Below are positions 9,133-18,793 of a DNA stretch of 62,878 bases, in pieces (the first letter of the stretch is position 1; each line of letters begins with the position of its first letter). This DNA comes from Firmicutes bacterium ZCTH02-B6 (lineage in GTDB: Bacteria > Bacillota > Limnochordia > Limnochordales > ZCTH02-B6). The stretch covers positions 1 through 62,878 of the forward strand of contig LZRQ01000119.1 of the NCBI GenBank assembly GCA_002159155.1, given 5' to 3'. Below the pieces are notes generated by a model. That model had not been told where the DNA came from. It saw only the letters and a program-made list of their open reading frames with translations, and did not search any database. Position numbers and translations under genes: made by a program.

Positions 9133-10833
9133 CTAGCCGGCATGCTGCCGCTGTTGGTCCGCTTGCTTCTTGAGTTCCTCCTCCAGCAGCACGCGGCGCA
9201 GCACCTTGCCCACCAGGGACTTGGGCAGTTCGTCCCGGAATTCTACCAGCTTGGGGACCTTGTAGGCGGCCAGATGATGACGGCAATGGGCGATGATCTC
9301 GTCCGCCGTCACGTGGGCGCCTTCCTTGAGCACGATGTACGCCTTGACGGTTTCGCCACGGTATGGGTCGGGCACGCCCACCACCGTGGCTTCCTTGACG
9401 GCTGGATGGGTGTAGATGACCTCCTCCACTTCTCGCGGGTAGATGTTGAATCCGCCGGCGATAATAAGATCCTTTTTACGGTCGATGATGTAGAAGTACC
9501 CGTCCTCGTCCATGCGGGCAATGTCACCCGTCCACAGCCACCCGTCGCGCAACGTCTGGGCGGTCTCCTCCGGCTTGTTCCAGTAGCCCTTCATGACCTG
9601 TGGGCCCCGGACAAGGAGCTCACCGGGCTCGCCCACCGGCACGTCCTCGCCGGTTTCCGGGTTGACGATGCGACAGTCGGTGTCCGGCCACGGCAGGCCG
9701 ATGCTGCCCACCTTGCGGTGGCCCCAGACGGGGTTCGCATGGGTGACGGGCGAAGCCTCGGTCAGGCCGTACCCCTCCACCAGGCGTCCGCCAGTCAACT
9801 CCTCAAAGGCGGTTTGCACCTCCACGGGCAGCGGCGCCGCACCGCTGACGCACGCCTGGATGGAGCTCATGTCGATCTCCCGCGCTCTTGGGTGGTTAAC
9901 CACCGCCACGTACATCGTCGGTGCCCCGGGGAAGATGTGCGGCCGGTGTCGCCGGATGACGCCGAGCACCTGGTTGATGTCAAACCGCGGGATGAGGATC
10001 ATCGTCCCGCCGCCGAAGACGGTGTAGTTGAGCACCGTGGTCAGACCGTAAACATGGAAGAAGGGCAACGCCGCCAGCACCCGGAAGTGGTCTTCCTTGA
10101 ACTCGCTGAGCCAGGCGCCGATCTGCACGCAGTTGGCGTAGAGGTTGAAGTGGGTGAGCATGGCGCCCTTGGGCGTCCCCGTGGTGCCGCCCGTGTACTG
10201 CAACGCCGCGAGATCTTCCCGGGCGTTGACAGGGACGGGTTCGGACAGCGGAGCCTGTCGCAGCAGCTCGGACCAACGGGTGACGTGAGGAGCGCTTGGG
10301 ACCCGCACCAACTGTCCCTGGCGGCGCAGCTGCAGCGGGAAGACGAGGCTGAGGGGGAACGGCAAGTACTCGGCCAGCCCTGTCACGACGACCCGCTCGA
10401 GGGCGGTGTCGCGCCGCACCTCGGCCACCTTGGGGTACATGATGTCCAGAACGATGATGTGGCGGGCACCGCTGTCGGACAGCTGGGTCTTGAGCTCGCG
10501 GGGGGTGTACAGAGGGTTGACCATCACGACCACCGCGCCCAGCCACAGTGCCGCGTAATAGGCGATGACGCACTGGGGCGAGTTGGGCAACATGATGGCC
10601 ACCCGGTCGCCCTTGCGCACGCCCATCTCCGCCAATGCTCCCGCAGCGCGCTGCACCTGGTCCAACAGCTCGCGGTAGGTGGTCCGCTTGCCGAAAAACA
10701 GCATCGCAGGCCGGTCGGGGTGAGCTGTTGCGGCGCGGATCAGGGGCTGTACTAAGGACTCCTCCGGGTAGGTCAAGGTGGCCGGTACTCCCGGCGGGTA
10801 GTGGCGGAGCCAAGGGCGCTGCTGCAGTGTCAT
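9133..10833 (-). CDS. lcfA: Long-chain fatty acid-CoA ligase
   Basis: 566 aa with AMP-binding motifs LQYTGGTTGTPKGAMLTH and GWLWTGDIARMDEDGYFYIIDRKKDLII. Confidence 0.9.
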   Translation of the reverse strand: MTLQQRPWLRHYPPGVPATLTYPEESLVQPLIRAATAHPDRPAMLFFGKRTTYRELLDQVQRAAGALAEMGVRKGDRVAIMLPNSPQCVIAYYAALWLGAVVVMVNPLYTPRELKTQLSDSGARHIIVLDIMYPKVAEVRRDTALERVVVTGLAEYLPFPLSLVFPLQLRRQGQLVRVPSAPHVTRWSELLRQAPLSEPVPVNAREDLAALQYTGGTTGTPKGAMLTHFNLYANCVQIGAWLSEFKEDHFRVLAALPFFHVYGLTTVLNYTVFGGGTMILIPRFDINQVLGVIRRHRPHIFPGAPTMYVAVVNHPRAREIDMSSIQACVSGAAPLPVEVQTAFEELTGGRLVEGYGLTEASPVTHANPVWGHRKVGSIGLPWPDTDCRIVNPETGEDVPVGEPGELLVRGPQVMKGYWNKPEETAQTLRDGWLWTGDIARMDEDGYFYIIDRKKDLIIAGGFNIYPREVEEVIYTHPAVKEATVVGVPDPYRGETVKAYIVLKEGAHVTADEIIAHCRHHLAAYKVPKLVEFRDELPKSLVGKVLRRVLLEEELKKQADQQRQHAG

Positions 10834-10889
10834 TGGGCCATCACCTCAGCACACAGGGCTCGGGCGGTGCCCGGCGCACATCGCCCTCG

Positions 10890-12767
10890 TCAACGTGCGG
10901 CCACGGTCGCAGACGGCTCTGCCGTTCCGGCCTGTCCGTTGGGCGCCGGGGACTCGTCGTACAGCTGCGCCACGATGTCGGCAAACTTTTCCATGATCGC
11001 CTTGCGCTTGACCTTCAGCGTCGGTGTGACCTCGCCGTCTTCCTGATACAGCCGCTTGGGCAGGATGGCAAACTTCTTGATCCGCTCGGGACTGGAGAGG
11101 GTGCGGTTGACCGCTTCCACTTCTTTTTGGATAAGCTCGTAAACGGCCGGGTTTTGCGACAGGTCCGTGTAGGTCGTGTAGGGGATCTTGTTATCTTGGG
11201 CCCACTTGCTCACGTTTTCCTCGTCGATGACGATGAGCGCCGTGATGTAGCGCCGGCCGTCGCCGATGACGACGGCGTCGTTGATGTACGGGCTGAACTT
11301 GAGCTTGTTTTCGATGTACTGAGGCGCGATGTTCTTCCCGCCTGCGGTGATGAACAGGTCCTTCTTCCGGTCGGTGATGCGGAGGAAGCCTTCTTCGTCC
11401 AGCTCGCCCACGTCGCCCGAGTGGAGCCAGCCGTCCACCAAGGCGCTGCGGGTCGACTCCTCGTCCTTGAAGTAGCCCGGGAACACGTTGGGACCCTTGA
11501 CCAGGATCTCGCCGTCCTCCGCGATGCGCACTTCGACGCCGGGCAAGGGGCGGCCGACGGTGCCGAGCTTGATGCGGTCGTAGTGGTGGATGGTGGTCGG
11601 ACCGGAGCCTTCCGTTTGCCCGTACACTTCCCGGATGGGTACCCCGAGGCTATGGAAGTAGAGCAGCACGTCGGGGCTGATGGGCGCCGCACCCGACAAG
11701 ACGAAGCGCGCTCTATCCAGGCCGAGCCGACGGGTGAGGGGGTGGAGCACGGTGACCCGGGCCAGCCAGTACAAGACGCTGAGGCCAAAGGATACCCGCC
11801 CTTCCAACAGCCGGGCGCGCGCGTGGCGCTGTCCGATGGCGATGGCTAGCCGGTACGCTCCCCGTTTAAACCAGTCCGCGTCCTTGATGCGCAGCTCGAC
11901 GCTGGAGTGGAGTTTCTCCCAGATGCGAGGTACGGCAAATATGAGCGTCGGCGAGATTTCCTGCATGTTCTCCAGCACCGTGTCGGTGTTCTCGCAGAAG
12001 TTAACGGTAAACCCCCAGTAGATGGGAAGGTACACCGACACCATACGCTGGGCGATGTGGGAAAGGGGTAGAAATGAAAGGGTTTCGTCGGCTTCGCTGA
12101 TCGGGTTGGCTTTGCCCAAGGAATCCGCGGTCCACAACAGGTTGCGGTGGGTCAACATGGCGCCCTTGGGCGGGCCGGTGGTGCCGGACGTGTAAATCAG
12201 CAACGCGACGTCGTCCGGTCTCCCCATTCGCAGCCGCTCGTCCAGGGCCCCGGGGTGCTGGGCGGCGTAGGCCTCGCCCAGGCGCTCCAGCTCCTCGAGG
12301 GTCATCACCCGCTCGTCCTTGAAGTCACGCAGGCCCTCGTCATCGATGAGGACGACCTTTTCAAGCCGGGGCAACTGGTCCCGGATTTCAAGGTACTTGT
12401 CAAGTTGTTCCTCGTTTTCCACAAACCAGAAGCGCGCCTCGGAGTGGGAGAGGATGTAGGCACACTGTTCGGGGCTGTTGGTGGCGTAGATGGCAGCCGT
12501 CATGCCCCCCGCGGCCTGGATGGCCAGGTCTGCGAAGAGCCACTCCGGACGGTTTTCGCCGATGAGACCGACCCGGTCCCCGTACTGCAGCCCTAGGCCC
12601 ATCAGACCGTTGGCGATGGCTCGCACGCGGCGCGCGTACTCACCCCATGTGATGGGCTGCCACAAGCCATAAACCTTGTGGCGCATAGCCACCCAGTCCC
12701 GTCGCCGTTGGGCTTCTTCAAAAAATAGGCGGGGCCCGGTGGTTTCCCAGCGCGGCGCAGGCTGCAC
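10890..12767 (-). CDS. AMP-dependent long-chain acyl-CoA synthetase (625 aa, second paralogue)
   Basis: Motifs LIYTSGTTGPPKGAMLTH and GWLHSGDVGELDEEGFLRITDRKKDLFITAGGKNIAPQ. First gene of the minus-strand fad unit. Confidence 0.9.
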   Translation of the reverse strand: MQPAPRWETTGPRLFFEEAQRRRDWVAMRHKVYGLWQPITWGEYARRVRAIANGLMGLGLQYGDRVGLIGENRPEWLFADLAIQAAGGMTAAIYATNSPEQCAYILSHSEARFWFVENEEQLDKYLEIRDQLPRLEKVVLIDDEGLRDFKDERVMTLEELERLGEAYAAQHPGALDERLRMGRPDDVALLIYTSGTTGPPKGAMLTHRNLLWTADSLGKANPISEADETLSFLPLSHIAQRMVSVYLPIYWGFTVNFCENTDTVLENMQEISPTLIFAVPRIWEKLHSSVELRIKDADWFKRGAYRLAIAIGQRHARARLLEGRVSFGLSVLYWLARVTVLHPLTRRLGLDRARFVLSGAAPISPDVLLYFHSLGVPIREVYGQTEGSGPTTIHHYDRIKLGTVGRPLPGVEVRIAEDGEILVKGPNVFPGYFKDEESTRSALVDGWLHSGDVGELDEEGFLRITDRKKDLFITAGGKNIAPQYIENKLKFSPYINDAVVIGDGRRYITALIVIDEENVSKWAQDNKIPYTTYTDLSQNPAVYELIQKEVEAVNRTLSSPERIKKFAILPKRLYQEDGEVTPTLKVKRKAIMEKFADIVAQLYDESPAPNGQAGTAEPSATVAAR

Positions 12768-12859
12768 GTCGGCACCACCCCTCCCAGCGGCGGCGATCAG
12801 CGCCCAGGCCGTGTAACGATTTTTAGGCCACTGTTAAAACTTATACTTCGTGCCTGCGG

Positions 12860-12888
12860 TTGACAATCCTTTCGACTTCTCATAAACT
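12860..12888 (+). promoter_or_regulatory. Sigma-A-type promoter candidate for fadR-etfBA
   Basis: TTGACA (12860-12865), 17-nt spacer, TAAACT (12883-12888), located 80 nt upstream of the fadR start. Confidence 0.5.
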
Positions 12889-12901
12889 GAACGCGCACCT
12901 A

Positions 12902-12931
12902 CCAATCGGTCGGTAGAATGTCGCCGATTGG
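12902..12931. promoter_or_regulatory. Candidate TetR/FadR operator (inverted repeat)
   Basis: CCAATCGG (12902-12909) and CCGATTGG (12924-12931) are exact reverse complements 14 nt apart, immediately downstream of the -10. The first arm sits within the imperfect palindrome TACCAATCGGTCGGTA. Confidence 0.35.
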
Positions 12932-12967
12932 CGCAGGCGCGCCGCGTCGCCCGGGGGAGGGTTGACG

Positions 12968-13678
12968 ATGCGCCGGCCTGGCCGGTACGAGGAGCTTTTG
13001 GAGACGGCCCTGCGTCTGTTTCGGGAAAAGGGGTACCGCGCCACGTCCATGCAGGACATCGCGGATGAGATGGGCCTGCGGAAAGCCAGCCTTTACCACT
13101 ACGTCAAATCCAAGCAAGATCTGCTTGTCCCGGCTTACCAATACACAATTGCCAATCACGCCCGTCGCCTTGAGGAGATCGCCTCCAGCCCCGGCAGTGC
13201 CCGGGAGCGGCTGGCGAGGGCGATTGCCACGCACCTGCAGTCGATCATCGACCACGCTGACATGTTTGCACTGTACTTGCGCGAGGTGGAATCGCTGCCG
13301 GAGTACTTGCGGCAGGCGGTGCGGGCCGCGAACCGGGCGTACCGGATACGCTTTGAAGCCATCGTGCGCCAGGGGGTGGAGTCCGGCGAGTTCAAGCCGG
13401 TAGACCCGGCCGTCGCCGCGCGGCTCATCCTTGGTGCCTGCAACTGGCTTTCCCAGTGGTACTCACCCGGCGGCCGGATGACACCGCAGGAGATAAACGA
13501 GCTATTTCTCGAAGTATTGTTGAAGGGGCTGCTCAATGAAGGAGGACGGAAGGATGCACATCGCAGTCTGCATCAAGCAGATCTTGGACCCCGAGATCTC
13601 GCCGCGGGCGTTCAAGATCGACCCGGTGCGCAAGGCCGCGGATCCGGGAACGGCGTCGCTGGTGATCGGCCCGTTTGA
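12968..13678 (+). CDS. fadR: TetR-family transcriptional regulator, FadR(YsiA)-like by context
   Basis: HTH ATSMQDIADEMGLRKASLYHYVKSKQDLL. ATG 12968 lies 7 nt after GGGGGAGGG. The conserved fold ends near aa 190 and the remaining ~45 codons overlap etfB in another frame. Confidence 0.8.
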   Translation: MRRPGRYEELLETALRLFREKGYRATSMQDIADEMGLRKASLYHYVKSKQDLLVPAYQYTIANHARRLEEIASSPGSARERLARAIATHLQSIIDHADMFALYLREVESLPEYLRQAVRAANRAYRIRFEAIVRQGVESGEFKPVDPAVAARLILGACNWLSQWYSPGGRMTPQEINELFLEVLLKGLLNEGGRKDAHRSLHQADLGPRDLAAGVQDRPGAQGRGSGNGVAGDRPV

Positions 13679-14354
13679 CCTCAACGCCCTTGAAGTAGCT
13701 ATCCAGCTCAAGGAGCGTCACGGCGGCCAGGTGACGGCGCTGACCCTCGGGTCCGACAAGGCCAAGGAGGCCCTCCGGAGGGCTCTGGCCATGGGCGCCG
13801 ATCAGGCGGTGCTGATCGATGAGACCCAGGTTTCCGCCAAGGAGCCGTCGGTTACGGCGCGGGTTTTGGCCGCGGCCATCCGGAAGCTGGACCCCGTGGA
13901 TCTCGTCCTCACGGGGCGGCAGTCAGGCGAGTGGGACTTTGGCCAAGTCGGCGCCCTCCTGGCGGAGGAGCTGGGTATGCCTTTCGTTCCCTTCGTGCCG
14001 CGGCTGGACGTGGCCGGAAACGGGCTGCGCCTAGAGCGAGAGGCTGATGGAGGCGTCGTGGTGGTCGAGGCGCCGCGGCCGTGCGTGGCCAGCGTCACCA
14101 ACGCCAACGACAACGTTCCGCGTCTGCCCAAGGTTAAGGACATCATGATGGCCAACCGGAAGCCCATCACGGTCTATGGGCCGGGGGAACTCGGCCTCGG
14201 CGCTGCGGAGGTGGGCGATGAGGCCAACCGGCTCGAGGTTCTGGACCTGTTCATCCCCGAAGTCAAGTCTGAGTGCGAGTTCATCGAAGGAGAAGACGGA
14301 GCCGAGAAGGGCGCGAACTTGGCCCGGAAGCTTGTGGAGCGGAAGGTGATCTGA
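13554..14354 (+). CDS. etfB: Electron transfer flavoprotein beta subunit
   Basis: MHIAVCIKQILDPE... from ATG 13554, preceded by GGAGGA. Length and sequence pattern are typical of EtfB. Confidence 0.92.
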   Translation: MHIAVCIKQILDPEISPRAFKIDPVRKAADPGTASLVIGPFDLNALEVAIQLKERHGGQVTALTLGSDKAKEALRRALAMGADQAVLIDETQVSAKEPSVTARVLAAAIRKLDPVDLVLTGRQSGEWDFGQVGALLAEELGMPFVPFVPRLDVAGNGLRLEREADGGVVVVEAPRPCVASVTNANDNVPRLPKVKDIMMANRKPITVYGPGELGLGAAEVGDEANRLEVLDLFIPEVKSECEFIEGEDGAEKGANLARKLVERKVI

Positions 14355-14355
14355 G

Positions 14356-15333
14356 GTGAACATCGTCGTCATTGGCTGGGGAGGCGATGGGCACGCGCCG
14401 TCGGCAGCGGTGCGAGAGTTGCTGGGGGGGGCGCGCCGGCTGGCGCAACAGAGCGGGGGACAGGTGATCGGTGCCGCCCTGGGTGGAGCGGCTAAGGCCG
14501 CGACTGGAATGATTGAGTACGGTGCGGACCGAGTGCTCATTGTGGACCATCCCGCGCTGGCCGAGCTGGACGCCGAGGCGTACGCGGCAGCGGCGCACGT
14601 GGTCTGCGATCAGGCGGGCGACGCGCTCGTGCTTGTGCCCGGCGACCGCCTGGGCTGGGAGGTCGCGCCCCGGCTGGCCCACCGGCTGGCGGCCGGACTC
14701 GTGACTGACTGCCTGGCGGTGGACTGGGAAGGCGGCCGGTTTGTGATGACCAAGCCTGTCTACGGCGGCAAGGCCATGGCCAAGCTGGCGGCCCGGACGG
14801 CGACGCAAGTGGCCCTGGTTCGGGCGCGGGCGATGGAACCCCTCGAACCGCAAACTGGTCGCGCCGGGGATGTCGAGGCGCTGAACGTGAACCTGAGCCC
14901 AGGCCGGGTAAAGCTGTTGGAGCGTAAGCAGGAGGAGACCCAAGGCCAGGTGCGTCTGGAGGATGCGCCCGTGGTGGTCTCCGGCGGCCGCGGTCTTGGG
15001 GGGCCGGAGCCTTTCCGGATGCTCGAGGAGATCGCGCAACTTGTGGGCGGTGCGGTCGGGGCATCCCTCGCCGCCGTGGATGCCGGCTGGATTTCCCCTC
15101 AGCACCAAGTGGGCCAGACCGGCAAGTCGGTGGCGCCCGACCTGTACATTGCCGTAGGGATCTCGGGCGCCAGCCAACACGTGGCGGGCATGTCCAATTC
15201 TAAGACCATCGTGGCCATCAACAAGGATCCGGAAGCACCTATCTTTCGCGTCGCGCACATCGGCGTCGTCGGCGACTACAAGGAAGTGCTGCCGGCGTTC
15301 GTCGCGGAGCTGCGCAAGATCAAAGGCGCTTAA
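14356..15333 (+). CDS. etfA: Electron transfer flavoprotein alpha subunit
   Basis: 325 aa with the C-terminal FAD-binding signature [16 protein letters not shown]. Starts 2 nt after the etfB stop. Confidence 0.92.
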   Translation: MNIVVIGWGGDGHAPSAAVRELLGGARRLAQQSGGQVIGAALGGAAKAATGMIEYGADRVLIVDHPALAELDAEAYAAAAHVVCDQAGDALVLVPGDRLGWEVAPRLAHRLAAGLVTDCLAVDWEGGRFVMTKPVYGGKAMAKLAARTATQVALVRARAMEPLEPQTGRAGDVEALNVNLSPGRVKLLERKQEETQGQVRLEDAPVVVSGGRGLGGPEPFRMLEEIAQLVGGAVGASLAAVDAGWISPQHQVGQTGKSVAPDLYIAVGISGASQHVAGMSNSKTIVAINKDPEAPIFRVAHIGVVGDYKEVLPAFVAELRKIKGA

Positions 15334-15462
15334 GGGCCCGCACCGGCGGGTGCCCGCGGGCGCGGGTGCGCCCCCGGCCAGTGAGCCGCCCGGGACCGTT
15401 TACCGGCCCGGGCGGCGCCAGCACAGGCCTGGTGCAGTTGCCCTGGGGGAGAGGAGCGGACC

Positions 15463-17541
15463 ATGCACGAGACACCCACCCGCGAGATCTTTTGGAATAT
15501 CCGCCACATCTGGCTGACGTACGCGCTGCTGGTGCCGATGGTTGTCGCGTTTGCCTTGGGCGTCTGGAACCACGTGCGCCGGTGGCGCGCAGGCAAGCCC
15601 ATCGAGCGCACCGACAACTGGCAAGAGCGTCTGCGGGGCTTCTTTGTGGATGCGGTCGGCCAGGATCAGCTGCGCAGCGGGGATCAGCAGGCGGGGCTGT
15701 TTCACATCCTCCTTTCCTGGGGCTTTGTGATCCTCTTCATCGGCACCACGGTCGTCTTCATCCAGGCCGACTTGAGGATCCCCATCATGCACGGCTGGTT
15801 CTACCTGATATTCCAGTCGCTCATTTTGGATGTCTTTGGCCTGGGAGCCATCGTCGGCCTTGCCGTTGCCCTGTATCGTCGCTACGTCGCCAAGGTTCCG
15901 CGCCTCACCCACGGCTTGTGGCAGGACGGGTTCTTGCTGGCGTCCATGCTGATTATCCTGATCACCGGTTTCCTGGTGGAGGGGTTGCGCATAGTCGCCA
16001 CCAGCGACCCGTGGGGTTCGTGGAGCCCCGTCGGTTTGGCGACCGGACGGGCTTTGGCGGCGCTGGGGATCCGCGAATACGGGACGCAGCTGGCGGTCCA
16101 CCGCTTTCTGTGGTGGTTTCACATGCTGGTCTCCTATGTGTTCGTGGGCTACATCCCCTTCAGCAAGATGATGCACCTTTTCACCTCGCCCGCCAGCATC
16201 TTCACCCGTAACCTCCAGCCCAAAGGGCGGCTTGAGCCATTGGACGTGGAAAACACCGAGGTGCTGGGCGTCAAGACGTTGAGGGACTTTGACTGGAAAG
16301 ACCTGCTGGACCTGGACGCCTGCACCGAATGCGGACGTTGTCAGGCGGTGTGCCCGGCCTACGCGGTGGGCAAGCCGCTGAACCCCAAGATGCTTATCCT
16401 CGACATGCGGCGGCAGCTGACTGAGGAAATCGGCGGCGTGCCTTGGGCCAAGAGGGAGCTCGAGCCTCGCCCCATTATCGGCACTTCCATCGAGCCGGAA
16501 ACCTTGTGGTCGTGCACTACGTGCCATGCGTGTGTGACCGCGTGCCCCGTTGAGATCGAGCACGTGGCCAAGATCGTGGACTTGCGGCGTTTTCAGGTCA
16601 TGGAGGAAGCGGAGTTGCCGGAAACCGCCCAAGCCGCGGTCCAAGGCATCGAGGACCGGGGTCATCCGTTCCGGGGCGCGCAAGCGTCGCGGCGAGACTG
16701 GTACGCGGACTTGCCCTACGTGCGGGAGTTGGCCCAGGTGGGCCAGGCCGAATACCTGTTCTGGGTCGGGTGCGCCGTAGCCTTCAATGAGCGGGCCCAG
16801 AAGATCGCCCGCGCCATGGCCAAGATCATGCACACCGCGCACCTGGACTTCGCGGTACTGGGCGACGAGGAGACGTGTACGGGCGACCCGGCGCGGCGCA
16901 TTGGCAACGAGTACCTGTATGAAATGATGGCCCGGCAAAACATTGAAACCTTAAACAATTACGGCGTCAAGAAGATCGTGACCACCTGTCCCCACTGTTT
17001 CAACACCATCAAGAACGAGTACCCGGACTTTGGCGGCAACTATAAGGTGATCCACCACAGCCAGCTGATCCGCGACCTGTTGGCAGAGGGACGACTTCCC
17101 CTGGAACCCGGGAAGCTCCAGGAGCTGGAAAAGGTCACCTACCACGACCCGTGCTACTTGGGTCGTTACAACGACGAGTACGACGCACCCAGGGCCGTCG
17201 TCGACGCGCTGGGGGTTGAACGGGTGGAGATGGCCCGCTCACGTCAGAAAGGGTTTTGCTGCGGTGCCGGCGGCGGCCGCTACTGGATGGACGACGAGCC
17301 GGGCAAGCGCATCAACGTGGAGCGAGCCCGGGAGGTGGCCACATCGGGGGCCCAAGCAGTGTGCACCGCGTGCCCGTTCTGCATGCTGATGATGGAGGAT
17401 GGGCTGAGAACGGTGGCCACGGAGCAGGGGACGACCGAGAGGCCGGTGGCCACCCGGGATCTCGCGGAGCTGGTGGCGGAAGCGCTGGCGGAAGCGGCGG
17501 GCGCGCGGGAAGGGGAAGCTGGCGCGGCCCTTGGGGCGTGA
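15463..17541 (+). CDS. fadF: Membrane-anchored Fe-S oxidoreductase (FadF/YwjF-like; candidate ETF:menaquinone oxidoreductase)
   Basis: 692 aa. The N-terminal ~250 aa are polytopic. Two ferredoxin motifs (CTECGRCQAVCP, CTTCHACVTACP) and two Cys-rich CCG-type regions (TTCPHCFNTIK, GFCCGAGGG, CTACPFC). Confidence 0.85.
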   Translation: MHETPTREIFWNIRHIWLTYALLVPMVVAFALGVWNHVRRWRAGKPIERTDNWQERLRGFFVDAVGQDQLRSGDQQAGLFHILLSWGFVILFIGTTVVFIQADLRIPIMHGWFYLIFQSLILDVFGLGAIVGLAVALYRRYVAKVPRLTHGLWQDGFLLASMLIILITGFLVEGLRIVATSDPWGSWSPVGLATGRALAALGIREYGTQLAVHRFLWWFHMLVSYVFVGYIPFSKMMHLFTSPASIFTRNLQPKGRLEPLDVENTEVLGVKTLRDFDWKDLLDLDACTECGRCQAVCPAYAVGKPLNPKMLILDMRRQLTEEIGGVPWAKRELEPRPIIGTSIEPETLWSCTTCHACVTACPVEIEHVAKIVDLRRFQVMEEAELPETAQAAVQGIEDRGHPFRGAQASRRDWYADLPYVRELAQVGQAEYLFWVGCAVAFNERAQKIARAMAKIMHTAHLDFAVLGDEETCTGDPARRIGNEYLYEMMARQNIETLNNYGVKKIVTTCPHCFNTIKNEYPDFGGNYKVIHHSQLIRDLLAEGRLPLEPGKLQELEKVTYHDPCYLGRYNDEYDAPRAVVDALGVERVEMARSRQKGFCCGAGGGRYWMDDEPGKRINVERAREVATSGAQAVCTACPFCMLMMEDGLRTVATEQGTTERPVATRDLAELVAEALAEAAGAREGEAGAALGA

Positions 17542-17620
17542 GACGTCGCCGGCCGGTTAAGGCGCAGGCCCCGGGCCGTCGGCACCGGGTTGAGCGGAGC
17601 AGCGGAGGAGGGATCCGCGG

Positions 17621-18793
17621 GTGGATTTCTTGCTCAACGACGAACAGCGGCAGATTGTGGCCATGGTGCGCGAATTGGCCAAGACCAAGATCGCGCCTAA
17701 TGCCGCACGGTGGGACGTGGAAGAGAAGTTTCCGGAAGAGCTAGTGGAGATCTTCGCCGAGGCTGGCCTGTTTGGACTGCCGGTGCCGGAGGAGTACGGC
17801 GGTCTCGGGGCGGACGCGCTGACGCGCGTCCTGGTGGTCGAGGAGCTGTCCAAAGTCGATGCCAGTGCGGCGCTGCTCTTGGCCGTGCACGACTTGGGCC
17901 TGACGCCGATCGTGGTAGGTGCCAGCGAAGAGCAGAAGCAGCGCTGGCTGCCCAACTTTGCCACGGGGAAGTGGCTGGCCGCGTTTGCGCTGACTGAGCC
18001 AGGCGCGGGATCCGACCCGGGCGGGATGGTCATGCGGGCGCGGCGCGAGGGCGACGAGTACGTGCTCAACGGCAGCAAGATCTTCATCAGCAACGGCTCT
18101 ATCGCCCACGGCGTGACGGTGTTTGCCCGTACCGATCCCAACAGCAAGGGCCCCCGGGGCATCTCCGCCTTTTTGGTCGAGAAGGGCACGCCCGGCTTTA
18201 CGGCGGTGCCCATGAAGGGCAAGTTAGGCCTGCACGCGTCGGACACGGCACAACTCTTCTTTGAGGAGTGCCGCGTCCCCGTGTCCAACCGCCTGGGAGA
18301 GGAAGGCGAAGGTTTCCAGATCGCGATGAAAACGCTGGATCGCTCCCGGGCCAACATCGCCGCACAGGCGCTCGGGGTAGCGGAAGGCGCTTTTGAGTAC
18401 GCCCTCAACTACGTGCAGGAGCGGCAGCAGTTCGGCCAGCAGGTTGCTTCCTTCCAAGGTGTGCAGTTTATGCTGGCAGACATGGCCACCGCCATCGAGG
18501 CAGCCCGGGGCCTGACGTATCAAGCGGCCATCCGCATCGAGAGGGAGGGCAAGGGCGGCGCTCGCCTGGTGACGGCTAACCGGTACTCGGCGATGGCCAA
18601 GATGTTCGCGACCGACGTGGCCATGCGGGTCACCACCGACGCCGTTCAGCTCTTGGGCGGCTACGGCGTCATTCGCGACTACCCGGTGGAACGCATGATG
18701 CGGGATGCAAAGATCTTCCAGATCTACGAGGGAACCAACCAGATCCAGCGGATCGTCATCGCGCGCAGCTACCTAGGAGGCACGAGGGGTTGA
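17621..18793 (+). CDS. acdA: Short/medium-chain acyl-CoA dehydrogenase
   Basis: 390 aa with ACAD motifs ALTEPGAGSDP, QLLGGYGV and YEGTNQIQRIVIAR. GGAGGAGGG lies upstream of the GTG start. Confidence 0.92.
   Translation: MDFLLNDEQRQIVAMVRELAKTKIAPNAARWDVEEKFPEELVEIFAEAGLFGLPVPEEYGGLGADALTRVLVVEELSKVDASAALLLAVHDLGLTPIVVGASEEQKQRWLPNFATGKWLAAFALTEPGAGSDPGGMVMRARREGDEYVLNGSKIFISNGSIAHGVTVFARTDPNSKGPRGISAFLVEKGTPGFTAVPMKGKLGLHASDTAQLFFEECRVPVSNRLGEEGEGFQIAMKTLDRSRANIAAQALGVAEGAFEYALNYVQERQQFGQQVASFQGVQFMLADMATAIEAARGLTYQAAIRIEREGKGGARLVTANRYSAMAKMFATDVAMRVTTDAVQLLGGYGVIRDYPVERMMRDAKIFQIYEGTNQIQRIVIARSYLGGTRG

Noticed and set aside
8995-10755. 586-aa ORF on the plus strand opposite the lcfA-like gene
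   Set aside because: It lies entirely antisense to a CDS with clear AMP-binding motifs. Its product is Arg/Gly/His/Pro-rich with no recognisable domain. This is a typical high-GC shadow ORF.
15334-15462. GC-rich inverted repeats between etfA and fadF (for example CCGCCCGGG…CCCGGGCGG), considered as a riboswitch or attenuator
   Set aside because: They match no known RNA family that I can recognise. There is no U-tract, and such hairpins are common intercistronic elements in high-GC operons.
15400-16938. 512-aa minus-strand ORF opposite fadF
   Set aside because: Antisense shadow ORF. fadF carries two ferredoxin motifs and CCG motifs in the plus frame.
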